In this document: positions 10,540 through 21,207 of the stretch, one piece after another
How positions within the stretch are numbered: the stretch's first letter is position 1
Layout of the letters: the number at the start of each line of letters is the position of its first letter
Notes under the pieces: model-generated
The model's database searches: none
What the model was told of the DNA's origin: nothing
Seen by the model: the letters and a program-made list of their open reading frames with translations, nothing else
Position numbers and translations under genes: made by a program
NCBI GenBank assembly: GCA_964424335.1
Contig: CAYRIY010000003.1
Location: 17,727-81,726, forward strand
Direction: 5' to 3'
DNA from: an uncultured Clostridia bacterium
GTDB lineage: Bacteria; Bacillota; Limnochordia; DTU080; RSA5
Length of the DNA: 64,000 bases

Positions 10540-10568
10540 GGGAGGAGCAAAGCTCCTCCCTTTCTGTT
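10540..10568 (+). terminator. rho-independent terminator after ireB
   Basis: GGGAGGAGC-AAA-GCTCCTCCC stem-loop followed by TTTCTGTT. Confidence 0.6.
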
Positions 10569-10748
10569 ACAATTCTAGCGTCGGATCAGGATCGCTCAGG
10601 CCGGCAAGCCGGGAGCGATTGGAGACTATAGCGTGCGAGCATCCTCGGCTCGATCGGGCAGCGAGTGGGGACGCTAGCTTAGCGGGATATTCCAAGCGAG
10701 AGGCGAAAGGGGGCAAGCTTCCCATTGCATGAGGGCGAAGGCCGCGTG

Positions 10749-11156
10749 ATGGGCCTTGACGTGGGTCGAAAGACGATCGGAGTCGCCGTGAGCGATCCGC
10801 TCATGCTTACCGCGCAAGGCGTCGAAGTGTGGCGCCGACGATCGATCGACGAGGACTTGGAGTACCTTGCCCGCCTTGCTCGGGAGTACGATGTCCGTGT
10901 GATCGTCATGGGGCTCCCTTTGAGGACGGACGGCGCCTTGGGACCTGAGGCCGAATACGTGCGGGAGTTTGCCCAGCGCGTCAGGCAGCGGATCGCCGCC
11001 GACGTGGTCCTCTGGGACGAGCGCTTTACGACGAAGGAAGCCGAACGAGTCTTGATCGGAGCAGGCGTCAGCCGCAAAAAAAGAAAAGGCGTCGTCGACA
11101 TGACGGCGGCAACCCTGATCCTGGACGGGTACCTAGCCAGGCATCGCCCTTCATGA
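10749..11156 (+). CDS. ruvX: Holliday junction resolvase-like protein RuvX (YqgF)
   Basis: MGLDVGRKTIGVAVSD N-terminus, RNase H-like fold motifs; ORF opens at 10725, ATG at 10749 preferred. Confidence 0.85.
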   Translation: MGLDVGRKTIGVAVSDPLMLTAQGVEVWRRRSIDEDLEYLARLAREYDVRVIVMGLPLRTDGALGPEAEYVREFAQRVRQRIAADVVLWDERFTTKEAERVLIGAGVSRKKRKGVVDMTAATLILDGYLARHRPS

Positions 11157-11206
11157 CACGCGTGTGTCGATCGGCGGAACAGGCACTCAAAAGAGAGGCG
11201 AATCGG

Positions 11207-11452
11207 ATGATTAACGAACCCGAATCAGAAATCGTGCTGGTAGACGACGAAGGTGTGGAGCACAAGTTCACGCTCTACCGCATCATTGAGATCGACGATG
11301 CGGCATACGCCCTGCTGGAGCCTGAGGATTCCGATGGCGACCTCGTGATCTTGCGCGTCGAGGGCGAGGATGACGACCAGGTGTTGGTCACGCTCGAAGA
11401 CGACGAATGGGACCGAGTTACTGCGGCTCTGGACGGAATCGAGGACCTCTGA
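11207..11452 (+). CDS. DUF1292 family protein (YrzB-like)
   Basis: Acidic ~80 aa, IVLVDDEGVEHKF..Y pattern; follows ruvX as yrzB does in Bacillus; ORF opens at 11153. Confidence 0.75.
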   Translation: MINEPESEIVLVDDEGVEHKFTLYRIIEIDDAAYALLEPEDSDGDLVILRVEGEDDDQVLVTLEDDEWDRVTAALDGIEDL

Positions 11453-11532
11453 CCTGCACACACCGTGTTTCTCCCGCATATGATCGAGAAGAGTGCGCCT
11501 TTTCTTGATCATGAATCGTGGGAGGAAGCAAC

Positions 11533-12249
11533 TTGCTGACGCCGGTCTTGGCTCTCTTGGTGCCGCTGTTTCAAGGAATCTCCGTACTTGTATCGTACAT
11601 TGCCAATCATAACGCTTTTCCAAAGCCGTTAAGCCCGGAGCGGGAAGCAGAGCTCCTAGCTAAGATGGAGCAAGGGGACGAGGACGCACGCAACGTCTTG
11701 ATCGAAAGAAATCTGCGCCTTGTCGCACATATCGTCAAGAAGTTCGATAACACGGGCGAAGATGCCGACGACCTCATTTCGATCGGCACGATCGGGTTGA
11801 TCAAAGCGATCAACACGTTCGACATGCGCAAGCAAACCCGACTCGCCACATACGCCGCCCGTTGCATCGAAAACGAGATCTTGATGCACCTGCGCTCCAC
11901 CAAGCGGCTACGCAGCGAAGTGATGCTCGACGATCCCATCGGCTCGGACAAGGAGGGCAATGAGATCACGCTCATGGATATCCTCTCGTCCGATCAGGAT
12001 GTGGCTGAGACCGTGGAGACCAGCGTGGAACAGCAAAAGATGCTCCAGCGGATCGCACGGCTCAGCAAGCGCGAGAAGAAGGTAATCGAACTCCGCTATG
12101 GGCTTCTCGGAGGCATTCGCAAGACACAGCGCGAGATCTCGCGATCGCTTGGCATCTCGCGCAGTTACGTCTCGCGCATCGAAAAGCGGGCCCTCGGAAA
12201 GTTGCAGCGGGAGTTGGCCGCTGAAGCGTCGAAAGAGCCTGTGATATAA
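11533..12249 (+). CDS. sigK: RNA polymerase sporulation sigma factor SigK (pro-sigma-K), uninterrupted
   Basis: Near-identical to B. subtilis SigK across region 2 ([64 protein letters not shown]) and region 4 ([14 protein letters not shown]); hydrophobic N-terminal pro-sequence; TTG start 5-6 nt after GGGAGGAAG. Confidence 0.85.
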   Translation: MLTPVLALLVPLFQGISVLVSYIANHNAFPKPLSPEREAELLAKMEQGDEDARNVLIERNLRLVAHIVKKFDNTGEDADDLISIGTIGLIKAINTFDMRKQTRLATYAARCIENEILMHLRSTKRLRSEVMLDDPIGSDKEGNEITLMDILSSDQDVAETVETSVEQQKMLQRIARLSKREKKVIELRYGLLGGIRKTQREISRSLGISRSYVSRIEKRALGKLQRELAAEASKEPVI

Positions 12250-12312
12250 TAGACTTGGAATGGTTGATTTTCACTTAGGACGTCATTGATTTTTAGAGGT
12301 GAACCCGTAGAC

Positions 12313-12849
12313 GTGATCGATCTACTATGCCCCGACGAATGCGTGGAGTCGGTGCTCGACATCGATCTTGAGAGCCTCTCCCAAAGGGGGATCACAGCTC
12401 TCATACTCGACCTCGACAACACGCTTCTCGCCTGGGAGACGGATAAAATTCCACCCGCGGTGTCGCGTTGGATCGATCGCGCGAGGGACTTGGGCTTTAA
12501 AGTGTGCATCGCCTCCAATGGGACCAAAAGCCGCGTCCGCAAGATCGCCGGCGAACTGGGCGTACCGGCGATTCCTAAGGCGATAAAGCCCCGCAAGCGG
12601 CCGTTTCGCCTAGCGATGGAGATCCTGGGCGCGTCGCCGGAAAAGACCGCCGTCATCGGCGATCAAGTATTCACCGACGTGTTGGGCGGAAACCGCCTTG
12701 ACCTGTATACGATTCTCATCAACCCTGTGAGCAAAATGGAGCTAAAGACGACGCGCATCGTTCGCCGAGTCGAAAAAAGGGTGCTCACTCGCCTGCAAAG
12801 AAAAGGTCGCATCGAGGGGGACGAGCTCGAACTCCGTCTGCGGCGATGA
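12313..12849 (+). CDS. yqeG: YqeG-family HAD phosphatase
   Basis: HAD motif I ILDLDNTLL, motif III GDQVFTDV; GTG start after AGAGGTG. Confidence 0.8.
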   Translation: MIDLLCPDECVESVLDIDLESLSQRGITALILDLDNTLLAWETDKIPPAVSRWIDRARDLGFKVCIASNGTKSRVRKIAGELGVPAIPKAIKPRKRPFRLAMEILGASPEKTAVIGDQVFTDVLGGNRLDLYTILINPVSKMELKTTRIVRRVEKRVLTRLQRKGRIEGDELELRLRR

Positions 12850-12953
12850 GATCGACGCTTTGTTGCACATAAGCCGCCGAAGCGGCATTCGAGCGGGCGC
12901 TTTGAAAATGTGAGCGCCCTTTAATCGGTTTTTTGGGGGAAATTTAAGGGACG

Positions 12954-14090
12954 ATGACGGAAGAAGTATGCGAGGGCTGCGGGGTGCCGCTGCAGTCCGA
13001 TCACCCTGAGGCGCCGGGTTACGTGCCCTCGCACGTCGCCCAGAGGGAAGCTCCTGTGCTCTGTCGGCGGTGCTTTCGCATCAGCCACTACGGAAAAGAG
13101 ACGCAAAACTCGCCGGTCGATGGCGACAGCGCGCTCAGCATCGTGCTCGATGTGATCGAGCGGGTCGACGCGTGCCTTTATGTCATCGACATCCTCGATT
13201 TTGAAGGCAGTTTTGTCGAAGCGATACTCAAGGCGGCAAAGGGAAAGCTCCTCGTCGCCGTAAACAAAGTCGATCTGTTGCCCTCCAAGACCCCGCCTGA
13301 GGAGGTCGCATCGTGGGTCCAGGCGCGGCTTCGAGATCGTCGCATCGAGTTTGAAGGCGTCCACTGCGTCAGCGCCGCCACCGGCTTTGGCATTCGCGTC
13401 CTGCTCGACGCAGCGCGAAATCTGGCCGGAAAGAAGGGCAAAGTTGGCCTCGTCGGCGCGACCAACGTCGGCAAGTCGACGCTCCTTTCGAAATGGCTGA
13501 AGGGAGACCAAGGAGGGCCTACGGTCTCTCGCTTTCCAGGGACCACCGTGGGTGTCGTCGGACGGACGCTCGACGGCGCAAATGTGGAAATCCTCGATAC
13601 ACCCGGACTTTTGACGCGCGGCCGCATGACGGACATCCTCTGCCGCCACTGCGCCGCCAACCTCGTCCCCGACGCATCGATCAGCAGCAAACTGCTGCGG
13701 CTAAGCGCAGAGCAAGGCGTCGCGTTTGACGGACTGGCCTCGATCGTTCCCGTGGCACAGGACGGCGATGAGGCGGTCGTATTGGCGTTTGCGGCGGGAG
13801 GGGTGCCCGTCAGGCGACTTAGACAGGACAAGCTCCAACGCACGCTCGGGGATTTGGCCCTTGCCGATCAGGAGACGGTGTGCGAGGAGTGTAAACAAAA
13901 CTTGAGCAAGAACGGCTGGGAGGTCGTGGAGGCTTACGTCGATGAGATGGAAGACGTGGTCATCCACGGCTTGGGGTGGCTTTCGCCAAGGCGAAAAGGT
14001 CTGCGCGTCCGGGTCACGGTTCCGGCGGGCGCCCTCGTGACGACCAGGCCCCGCCTGATCGGCCCCAAAGATCCAAGGCCTTCCCAGTAA
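12954..14090 (+). CDS. yqeH: ribosome biogenesis GTPase YqeH
   Basis: N-terminal CxxC...CxxC zinc finger, circularly permuted GTPase motifs (VGATNVGKST, DTPG). Confidence 0.85.
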   Translation: MTEEVCEGCGVPLQSDHPEAPGYVPSHVAQREAPVLCRRCFRISHYGKETQNSPVDGDSALSIVLDVIERVDACLYVIDILDFEGSFVEAILKAAKGKLLVAVNKVDLLPSKTPPEEVASWVQARLRDRRIEFEGVHCVSAATGFGIRVLLDAARNLAGKKGKVGLVGATNVGKSTLLSKWLKGDQGGPTVSRFPGTTVGVVGRTLDGANVEILDTPGLLTRGRMTDILCRHCAANLVPDASISSKLLRLSAEQGVAFDGLASIVPVAQDGDEAVVLAFAAGGVPVRRLRQDKLQRTLGDLALADQETVCEECKQNLSKNGWEVVEAYVDEMEDVVIHGLGWLSPRRKGLRVRVTVPAGALVTTRPRLIGPKDPRPSQ

Positions 14091-14189
14091 TGTAATGGAT
14101 TGAAAAGGTTTCTGAATAGAGGGTAAGTTTCTGGGCGTACACTCTAATGCGATGCTTTTCCCAAATAAGCGCATGGAGGTAAGCCCCTC

Positions 14190-14387
14190 GTGAATGTCGT
14201 TGCGGTACCCAAGACGATTCCCCTGGCCAATGGCCGAAAACTTGGCGTGGTGGAGGAGATCCGGCTCGCCGTCACAGAGGCGCGCCGGACGCATCCCGGG
14301 CTTGGATCGTTGGTGGACATTACGGTGAAGCGTCTGGAAGACCGAGTCCGGCTCGTCCTCTTCTTTTCATGTGGGTCGAGCGCCTAG
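14190..14387 (+). CDS. hypothetical small protein (65 aa), unassigned
   Basis: GTG start 8 nt after GGAGGT; no family recognised. Confidence 0.25.
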   Translation: MNVVAVPKTIPLANGRKLGVVEEIRLAVTEARRTHPGLGSLVDITVKRLEDRVRLVLFFSCGSSA

Positions 14388-14502
14388 GGCGGCGGGGGCA
14401 AAAGGAACGTTCCCTCTAAATAGCGAATCCAGGGGAGTGCGCCGGATTTTTTGGGCCGGGCTTTCAAAAGTAGGTTCGCTAAAGCAGCGGGGAGGACACG
14501 CA

Positions 14503-15720
14503 ATGCTTCGTTACATGACCGCTGGCGAATCGCACGGCCAAGCGCTTGTCGCTATTGCCGAGGGATTCCCAGCGGGTTTGTATTTAACGAGAGAAGATAT
14601 CGATACCGATCTGGCCAGGCGGCAAGTCGGCTACGGCCGCGGTCGCCGCATGAAGATCGAAAAAGACCAGGTCCAGATCTTGAGCGGCGTTCGCTACGGA
14701 TACACGCTCGGAAGTCCGATCGCACTCTTGATTGAAAACCGCGATTGGAAAAACAGGATGGACGAGATGACGCCCGATCCGGTCGAAGGGAAGGGCGGAC
14801 CCAACATACCCGTCGGAGAGCGCGTGACGCGTCCGCGCCCGGGTCATGCGGACCTTAACGGCGCCTTGAAATACGGTCACCGGGACTTGCGCAACGTCCT
14901 CGAGCGAGCGTCCGCTCGGGAGACGACGGCCCGCGTCGCCGTGGGCGCCATCGCCAGGCGGCTCCTCAAGCATTTTGGCATCGAAGTCTTTAGCCACATC
15001 GTGCGCCTTGGGGGCGTAGGGGCAAACCTCGAGGGGCTCTCATACTCGGAAATCGCCCAGCGCGCCGAAGCGTCCGACGTGCGCTGCGCAGACAGTGACG
15101 CGGCCCAGCAAATGAAGGCAAAAATCGATCAGGCAAAGGCCGCCGGAGACACGGTCGGCGGCGTCTTTGAAGTCGTCGTGACCGGAGCCCCTCCCGGCCT
15201 TGGAAGTCACGTGCACTGGGACCGAAAACTCGATGCCAGGATCGCCCGTGCCGTGCTGAGCATTCAGGCGATCAAGGGCGTTGAGATCGGTTTAGGCTTT
15301 GGTGTCGCCGAGCGCTTCGGATCGGAGGTGCACGACGCCATCGGCTACCGACCGTACCCCGAGCAAGATGCGGATGACCTTGACGGGTCGGAGCGCTATG
15401 GGTTTTTCCGCCACAGCAACCGCGCGGGCGGATTCGAAGGCGGGATGACGTCCGGCGAGCCCATCGTCGTCCGGGGCGCCATGAAGCCGATTTCTACGTT
15501 GTACAAGCCCTTGGAGTCCGTCGATTTCTACACTAAGGAAACCTTTGCCGCGAGTATCGAGCGCTCCGATACGTGCGCCGCGCCGGCGGCCGGGGTGATC
15601 GCCGAGTCGGTGGTCGCGATCGAGGTCGCCGCGGCATTTCTCGAAAAGTTTGGCGGAGACGGCATCGAGGAGATCGAGCGCAACTACGAGGGTTACTGCC
15701 GCTACTTGCGGGAGGTGTGA
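14503..15720 (+). CDS. aroC: chorismate synthase
   Basis: [14 protein letters not shown]-terminus after GGAGG RBS; conserved [15 protein letters not shown] motifs. Confidence 0.9.
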   Translation: MLRYMTAGESHGQALVAIAEGFPAGLYLTREDIDTDLARRQVGYGRGRRMKIEKDQVQILSGVRYGYTLGSPIALLIENRDWKNRMDEMTPDPVEGKGGPNIPVGERVTRPRPGHADLNGALKYGHRDLRNVLERASARETTARVAVGAIARRLLKHFGIEVFSHIVRLGGVGANLEGLSYSEIAQRAEASDVRCADSDAAQQMKAKIDQAKAAGDTVGGVFEVVVTGAPPGLGSHVHWDRKLDARIARAVLSIQAIKGVEIGLGFGVAERFGSEVHDAIGYRPYPEQDADDLDGSERYGFFRHSNRAGGFEGGMTSGEPIVVRGAMKPISTLYKPLESVDFYTKETFAASIERSDTCAAPAAGVIAESVVAIEVAAAFLEKFGGDGIEEIERNYEGYCRYLREV

Positions 15721-15725
15721 CCCTC

Positions 15726-16253
15726 TTGCGAGAAAGCCTCGTGTTGGTCGGGTTTATGGGCGCGGGAAAGTCGACCGTCGGCAGGATGGCCGCGCAGCGA
15801 CTGAATGCCGCGTTCATAGACTCCGACGCCGTGATCGAGGCCCGCGCTGGAAAGCGGATCAGCCAGATCTTTGCCGAGGACGGCGAGGCGGCCTTTAGGG
15901 CGCTCGAGCGGGCGACGATTGCAGATCTGGTGCGAGAACCCGACGCCGTGATCGCAACGGGGGGCGGCGCCTTTGTCGACCCCAACACGCGGGAACTGCT
16001 CAATCGCACCTCGGTGACCGCTTATTTGCGGGCTCCGTTTGACGTGCTGTGGAATCGCATTGCGCATGGAACGGAGCGGCCGCTCCTGTCGGGAGACGAT
16101 CCGCGGGGGCGACTTGCGGCTCTGTTTGAATCCCGGATCGCCAGCTACGAGCAGGCGAGGATCGTGGTGGATGCGACCTTGCCCGCTCCTCAAGTGGTGG
16201 AGGAGTTGTTACATAAGTACCATGAGTGCACCAGGGAGCAAGCGAGTAAGTAG
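15726..16253 (+). CDS. aroK: shikimate kinase
   Basis: Walker A GFMGAGKSTVG; TTG start 10 nt after GGAGG (alternative GTG at 15717 overlaps the aroC stop). Confidence 0.8.
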   Translation: MRESLVLVGFMGAGKSTVGRMAAQRLNAAFIDSDAVIEARAGKRISQIFAEDGEAAFRALERATIADLVREPDAVIATGGGAFVDPNTRELLNRTSVTAYLRAPFDVLWNRIAHGTERPLLSGDDPRGRLAALFESRIASYEQARIVVDATLPAPQVVEELLHKYHECTREQASK

Positions 16254-17343
16254 CGTGAGCGGACGGCAGATCGATGTGAATTTGGGCGACCGGTCGTATC
16301 CGGTCATCATCGGGTCGGGGCTTTTGGAGCGCACCGGAATGTACGCCCGGGAGCAGGGCCTCCGGGGCAACGCGCTCTTGATCGCAAGCGAATCGGTGGG
16401 CGCTTTGTACGCCGGCGTGACGTTAAAAAGCCTAAATGACGCGGGTTATTCGGTTCACTACGCCGTCATCCCCGACGGCGAAGAGCACAAGTCGCTCGAA
16501 ACTGTCGATCGCCTATACGATGCGTGCGTCGACGCCCGGCTCGACCGCGGCTCGTTTATCGTGGCGCTTGGCGGTGGCGTGGTCGGCGATGTATCCGGCT
16601 TCGTTGCGGCAACCTACATGAGGGGAATCCCCTTTGTCCAGATCCCCACGACGCTCCTCGCCCAAGTAGACGCGAGCGTCGGCGGGAAGACGGCGATCAA
16701 TCGACCGGCGGCTAAAAACCTGGTCGGAGCCTTTCACCAGCCTCGCCTCGTCCTGGCGGACGTCGCAACGCTGGTTAGCCTGCCAAGGCGGGAGTTCATC
16801 TCCGGGCTCTCCGAAGTCGTAAAGCACGGCCTGATCGCGGACAAGGATCTCTTTGAGTATTGCGAAGCGAACGCGCCCGCTCTGCTTGGCCTCGAGCGCG
16901 AGCCCTTGGAGCACGTCATTTTTCGCTCCGTCGAGATCAAAGCGGCGGTTGTGGAGCAAGATGAGCGGGAAGGCGGACTGCGCGCCGTGCTCAATTATGG
17001 ACACACGGTCGGCCATGCGATCGAACAAGCCGCCAAGTACGGCGCCTATACCCACGGAGAAGCCGTGGCGATCGGGATGGCGGTCGAGGGTCGCATGAGC
17101 GTTGCCAGGGACATGCTCTCCGAAGGGGATTGGCAACGGATGGTCGACCTCTTTGCGAGGCTCGGTTTGCCGACCCGGAGTCCTGGGCTCAACTTTGCGG
17201 ACTTGGTCGACGCGATGAGGAAGGATAAAAAGACAGATGGCGGCAGGCTGCGCTTTGCCCTCCTAGAAGGCTTGGGCGGCGTAGCGATCGTCTCCGACGC
17301 GACGCTCGACGAAGTGGAGCGCGCCTACCGAGCGGTCGCCTAG
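16222..17343 (+). CDS. aroB: 3-dehydroquinate synthase
   Basis: NAD-binding GGGVVGD, metal-binding residues, KTAINRPAAKNLVGAFHQP; ATG 16222 overlaps the aroK end (alternative GTG 16255). Confidence 0.85.
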   Translation: MSAPGSKRVSSVSGRQIDVNLGDRSYPVIIGSGLLERTGMYAREQGLRGNALLIASESVGALYAGVTLKSLNDAGYSVHYAVIPDGEEHKSLETVDRLYDACVDARLDRGSFIVALGGGVVGDVSGFVAATYMRGIPFVQIPTTLLAQVDASVGGKTAINRPAAKNLVGAFHQPRLVLADVATLVSLPRREFISGLSEVVKHGLIADKDLFEYCEANAPALLGLEREPLEHVIFRSVEIKAAVVEQDEREGGLRAVLNYGHTVGHAIEQAAKYGAYTHGEAVAIGMAVEGRMSVARDMLSEGDWQRMVDLFARLGLPTRSPGLNFADLVDAMRKDKKTDGGRLRFALLEGLGGVAIVSDATLDEVERAYRAVA

Positions 17344-17391
17344 GATCATGCGGACCCGCGGTCAAAACACTTGCTTGGAGGCGATTTCGGC

Positions 17392-17835
17392 GTGAGAGTG
17401 CTCGTAATTCACGGACCTAACTTGAATATGCTTGGCGAACGAGAAACCGGCATATACGGTACCGTCACGCTCGATGAAATCAATCGCCGCATCGAGGAGC
17501 GAGCCGAGGAGCTTGGGGCTGAGGTGGAGTTTTTCCAGACCAACCACGAAGGCGACGCGCTCGACAAGCTCGCGACGGCGCGGCGGGAGTTCTCCGGGGT
17601 GCTGATCAACCCGGCTGCATGGACCCATACGAGCGTGGCCCTTCGTGACGCGATTGCCGCAACCGGGCTCCCGGCGGTCGAGGTGCACCTCTCCAACGTG
17701 TACAAGCGGGAGCCCTTTCGACATGTTTCGTACACTGCGCCCGTCTGTTTGGGCCAGGTGGCAGGTTTTGGTCCGGACAGTTACCTATTGGGCCTTGATG
17801 GGCTCATTCGCCACCTGCGCCGCCAACGCGCATGA
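17392..17835 (+). CDS. aroQ: type II 3-dehydroquinate dehydratase
   Basis: VLVIHGPNLNMLGERE and HLSNVY.RE motifs. Confidence 0.85.
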   Translation: MRVLVIHGPNLNMLGERETGIYGTVTLDEINRRIEERAEELGAEVEFFQTNHEGDALDKLATARREFSGVLINPAAWTHTSVALRDAIAATGLPAVEVHLSNVYKREPFRHVSYTAPVCLGQVAGFGPDSYLLGLDGLIRHLRRQRA

Positions 17836-17863
17836 GGCCGACTTCACGGATGAGGGTGATCAC

Positions 17864-18928
17864 TTGACGGAGCGAATCGAGCGACTGAGAGAGCGTTTGA
17901 AAAAAGAGTCCGTGGACGCGCTGTTTTTAAGCAGCCCGAGCAACCGCCGGTACCTGACGGGATTTACCGGGTCGACCGGAGTCGTCGTCGTGAGCCAAGA
18001 GACGGTTTACATGATTACCGACTTCCGGTACTTCGACCAGGTGAGTGCCGAATCTCCCCACGTTGAACTCGTAAAGAGCAAAAACCTCCTCGAAGACTTC
18101 GTCACGCTCATCAAAGAGCGCAAGGAGCTTCGACGCATTGCATTCGAAGCCGAGCACCTCACGGTCAACACGTACCGCGCCATCGAGGAGAAGCTGCCGC
18201 AGCACGCGCTCACGCCTGCGGTCGGGTGGGTGGAAGACCTGCGCACCGTCAAAGAGCCGAGCGAAATTGCGGCCATCGAGCGCGCTGTGGCGGTCGCGGA
18301 CCGCGCCTTCACGTATATTCTCGACCGTTTGAAAGGCCGCACCGAGCGGGAGATCGCGCTCGACCTCGAGTTTTTCATGCGAAATGAGGGCGCCGAGCGC
18401 CTCGCATTCCAATCGATCGTGGCGTCCGGGCCCAACGGAGCGCTCCCGCACGCCGTTCCTACGGACCGGGTGGTGGCAGAAGGGGACTTCGTCACCCTCG
18501 ACTTTGGCTGCGTCGTCGACGGTTATTGCTCCGACATGACCCGTACGGTCGCCGTAGGCAAGGCGGACGACCGCCAGCGAGAGATTTACGATCTCGTACT
18601 GGAAGCACAAGAAGCCGGAGTGAAGGCGGTTCGAGCGGGGCTGACGGGCAAGGAAGTGGATGCGGCCGCCCGAAGCATCATCGAGGCTCGTGGGCACGGC
18701 GATCACTTCGGCCACGGCCTTGGACACGGAGTCGGGCTCGATATCCACGAAGCGCCCAGACTGGCGCCCAAGGTCGAATCCGTGCTCGAACCTGCAATGG
18801 TGACGAGCGTCGAGCCGGGCATTTACCTATCCGGTTGGGGCGGCGTCCGCATCGAAGACCTGGTCGTCGTCACGCAGGAGGGCCGGCGGGTCTTGACCCA
18901 ATCCCCAAAGAGCCTGATTGAGGTATAA
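17864..18928 (+). CDS. Xaa-Pro aminopeptidase (M24B, YqhT-like)
   Basis: Creatinase N-terminal domain plus M24 metal ligands ([18 protein letters not shown]); TTG start. Confidence 0.85.
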   Translation: MTERIERLRERLKKESVDALFLSSPSNRRYLTGFTGSTGVVVVSQETVYMITDFRYFDQVSAESPHVELVKSKNLLEDFVTLIKERKELRRIAFEAEHLTVNTYRAIEEKLPQHALTPAVGWVEDLRTVKEPSEIAAIERAVAVADRAFTYILDRLKGRTEREIALDLEFFMRNEGAERLAFQSIVASGPNGALPHAVPTDRVVAEGDFVTLDFGCVVDGYCSDMTRTVAVGKADDRQREIYDLVLEAQEAGVKAVRAGLTGKEVDAAARSIIEARGHGDHFGHGLGHGVGLDIHEAPRLAPKVESVLEPAMVTSVEPGIYLSGWGGVRIEDLVVVTQEGRRVLTQSPKSLIEV

Positions 18929-18945
18929 GAAAGGAAGATTCGCAC

Positions 18946-19503
18946 GTGATATCCGTAAATGATTTAAGGACGGGGCTGACCATCGAGTTCGAAGGAACCC
19001 TCTATTCGGTGGTCGAGTTCATGCACGTAAAGCCTGGGAAGGGAGCGGCGTTCGTCAGGACCAAACTGAAAAACCTCGAGACTGGCGCCGTGCTCGAGCG
19101 AAACTTCCGCGCCGGCGAGCGCGTGAACCGGGCGCACATCGAAAACAAGGAGATGCAGTACCTTTACAATACAGGGGACGAGTACTTCTTCATGGACGAG
19201 CGAACCTACGAACAGGTCGCGCTCGGCAAGGATCTCCTGGATGACGCCGTCCTGTTTTTAAAGGACAACATGACGATCTCCGTACAGTTTTATCAGGGGC
19301 GGGCAATCGGCGTCGAACTGCCCACCTTTGTCGAGCTCACCGTGACCCAGACAGATCCTGGGTTCAAGGGCGACACGGCCACGGGCGGCTCCAAACCGGC
19401 CACGCTCGAGACGGGCCTTGTCGTACAGGTGCCGCTCTTTGTCGATCAGGGCGAAGTGATCAGAGTCGACACCCGCACCAAGGAGTACCTCTCAAGAGCT
19501 TAG
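18946..19503 (+). CDS. efp: elongation factor P
   Basis: [17 protein letters not shown]...[15 protein letters not shown]; GTG start. Confidence 0.95.
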   Translation: MISVNDLRTGLTIEFEGTLYSVVEFMHVKPGKGAAFVRTKLKNLETGAVLERNFRAGERVNRAHIENKEMQYLYNTGDEYFFMDERTYEQVALGKDLLDDAVLFLKDNMTISVQFYQGRAIGVELPTFVELTVTQTDPGFKGDTATGGSKPATLETGLVVQVPLFVDQGEVIRVDTRTKEYLSRA

Positions 19504-19633
19504 CGCATACTAGGCCCGCATGGGAACGGACGAAACGCTCGGGCCCAGCTCGCCGGGGCATTGGCCGCATGACTAGCGTGCCATGCCTTGCCGGCCCTGG
19601 CCCTGAGCGTTTGGCCAATCGGAGGGGAACGCC

Positions 19634-20150
19634 ATTGGAGGTACGCGAACGCATCGCCTACATCCGGGGCCTCTTGGAGGGCTCGGACGACTTGCGGGCT
19701 GACCAGAAGGCGCACAATCTATGGGAGAATGTTTTGGAAGTGTGTGACAAATTGGCAGAATCCGTCGTTGAACTGCAAAACGAACAAGACGACCTCGAAG
19801 AGTACGTATACGGGATCGACACCGATTTGTGCGACCTCGAGGACGCGGTATACGGGTTCAGCGACCAAGAAGACGAGAGCGGCGGCGATGACGCCGCGCA
19901 GGCGACGGAGCTCGAGGAAGATCTCGATGAGGACGACATGGTCCGGGCCGAGTGTCCGCGCTGCGGCGAAGAGGTCTTTTTCGAGGAGTCCTTCCTTTAT
20001 GACGATGACGTCGAGATCTCTTGCCCCGACTGCGGCGAGGTGCTTTATAGGAGCAACGATGTGATCGTCGACGAAAACGGTCATTACCCGGACTATCCGG
20101 ACGGGGAAGTGTACGCCGTCGGCCCGGAGGGCGAACGCCCGTCGCCTTGA
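19634..20150 (+). CDS. highly acidic protein with C-terminal 4-Cys zinc ribbon (hypothetical)
   Basis: D/E-rich with CPRCG...CPDCG; sits between efp and spoIIIAA where Bacillus has yqhV; TTG start after GGAGGGG. Confidence 0.55.
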
Positions 20151-20229
20151 TGAGTCAGGTTAAAATGCGCATTCGGTCATAACAGCGCCGGCTTGTACAT
20201 AGGTTGTCGTGAACGTGGAGGGACGACCT

Positions 20230-21207
20230 ATGTCAACACTCATGGCCACCCAAGTGGCCGACCGCCGGCTTGCTCACGTATTGTCTATCCTTCCTCCTTG
20301 GGTTGAGGAGGCGCTTTCGTCGCTCGATCCCCGTGAGCGGTCCGAGGTCGAAGAGATTCGCATCTCTCAAGGCCAACCGCTCACGGTGACGCTCTCGGGC
20401 GGCGATCGGTTCATCTCGCCCAAGGCGCATGCCCACGCTCAGAGCCAAGACTTCCGCATCGAGAAGCATCATGTCGATTCAGTTTTGGACGCGATCACTC
20501 AGTCTTCCGTTTACGCCTTGGAAGAGGCGATGAAGGAGGGCTACCTGTCGCTGCCGGGCGGACACCGTGTCGGGATCTCCGGTAGGCCTAGGCTTGACCG
20601 CGGCGAGGTGGTCGGGTTTAGCTGCATCACGGGTTTCAACGTAAGGATCAACCGGCCCGTCCACGGAGCGAGCCGTCTTGTCTTGCCTTCCCTCATGCGC
20701 CCCGGCGGCACAATCTACTCTACATTGATCATCTCTCCCCCCGGCTGCGGCAAGACAACCCTCTTGCGCGATCTTGTGCGAACGCTCAGCGAGGGGGCGA
20801 GCGAGCTTGGCCTTCGCCCTCACAGGATCGGTGTGGCCGACGAGCGCTCGGAGATTGCCGGGTCGCACCTGGGCGTTCCCCAAAACGACCTCGGTCCCCG
20901 CACCGATGTGATCGATGCTTGTCCAAAGCGTATCAGTATGTCCATGTTGATTCGGTCGATGCGTCCGGACGTGGTGGCAACGGACGAGATCGGGCACCCC
21001 GATGACGTGCGGGCCGTGTCCGACGCTCGCAGCGCCGGTGTCGTCCTGCTTGTCACGGCGCACGGGGAGACGCTCAAGGATCTGACGGCCCGAGCGTCCC
21101 TTAGGCCGCTGCTCAAAGGGAGCTATTTTGGCCGCATCGTGATCCTTAGCCGCAGGAAAGGGCCGGGAACGGTGGAGCGTGTCATCAAGGGGAGGGAGGA
21201 GCTATGA
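20230..21207 (+). CDS. spoIIIAA: stage III sporulation protein AA (AAA+ secretion-type ATPase)
   Basis: Walker A PPGCGKTTLLRDL; first gene of an eight-gene cluster matching spoIIIA. Confidence 0.85.
   Translation: MSTLMATQVADRRLAHVLSILPPWVEEALSSLDPRERSEVEEIRISQGQPLTVTLSGGDRFISPKAHAHAQSQDFRIEKHHVDSVLDAITQSSVYALEEAMKEGYLSLPGGHRVGISGRPRLDRGEVVGFSCITGFNVRINRPVHGASRLVLPSLMRPGGTIYSTLIISPPGCGKTTLLRDLVRTLSEGASELGLRPHRIGVADERSEIAGSHLGVPQNDLGPRTDVIDACPKRISMSMLIRSMRPDVVATDEIGHPDDVRAVSDARSAGVVLLVTAHGETLKDLTARASLRPLLKGSYFGRIVILSRRKGPGTVERVIKGREEL

Noticed and set aside
15573-16253. Long form of the aroK ORF starting at 15573 (226 aa), overlapping the aroC 3' end by ~150 nt
   Set aside because: The N-terminal extension is Arg/Gly-rich junk in an alternate frame of aroC. 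The Walker A of shikimate kinase begins right after TTG 15726, which has a GGAGG RBS at the correct spacing.
20151-20229. Sigma-E-type promoter for spoIIIA (TCATAAC-N14-CATAGGTT)
   Set aside because: The match to the sigma-E consensus (TCATATT-N14-CATACAAT) is partial, 5/8 in the -10 element. It is mentioned under findings but is too weak to list as a feature.
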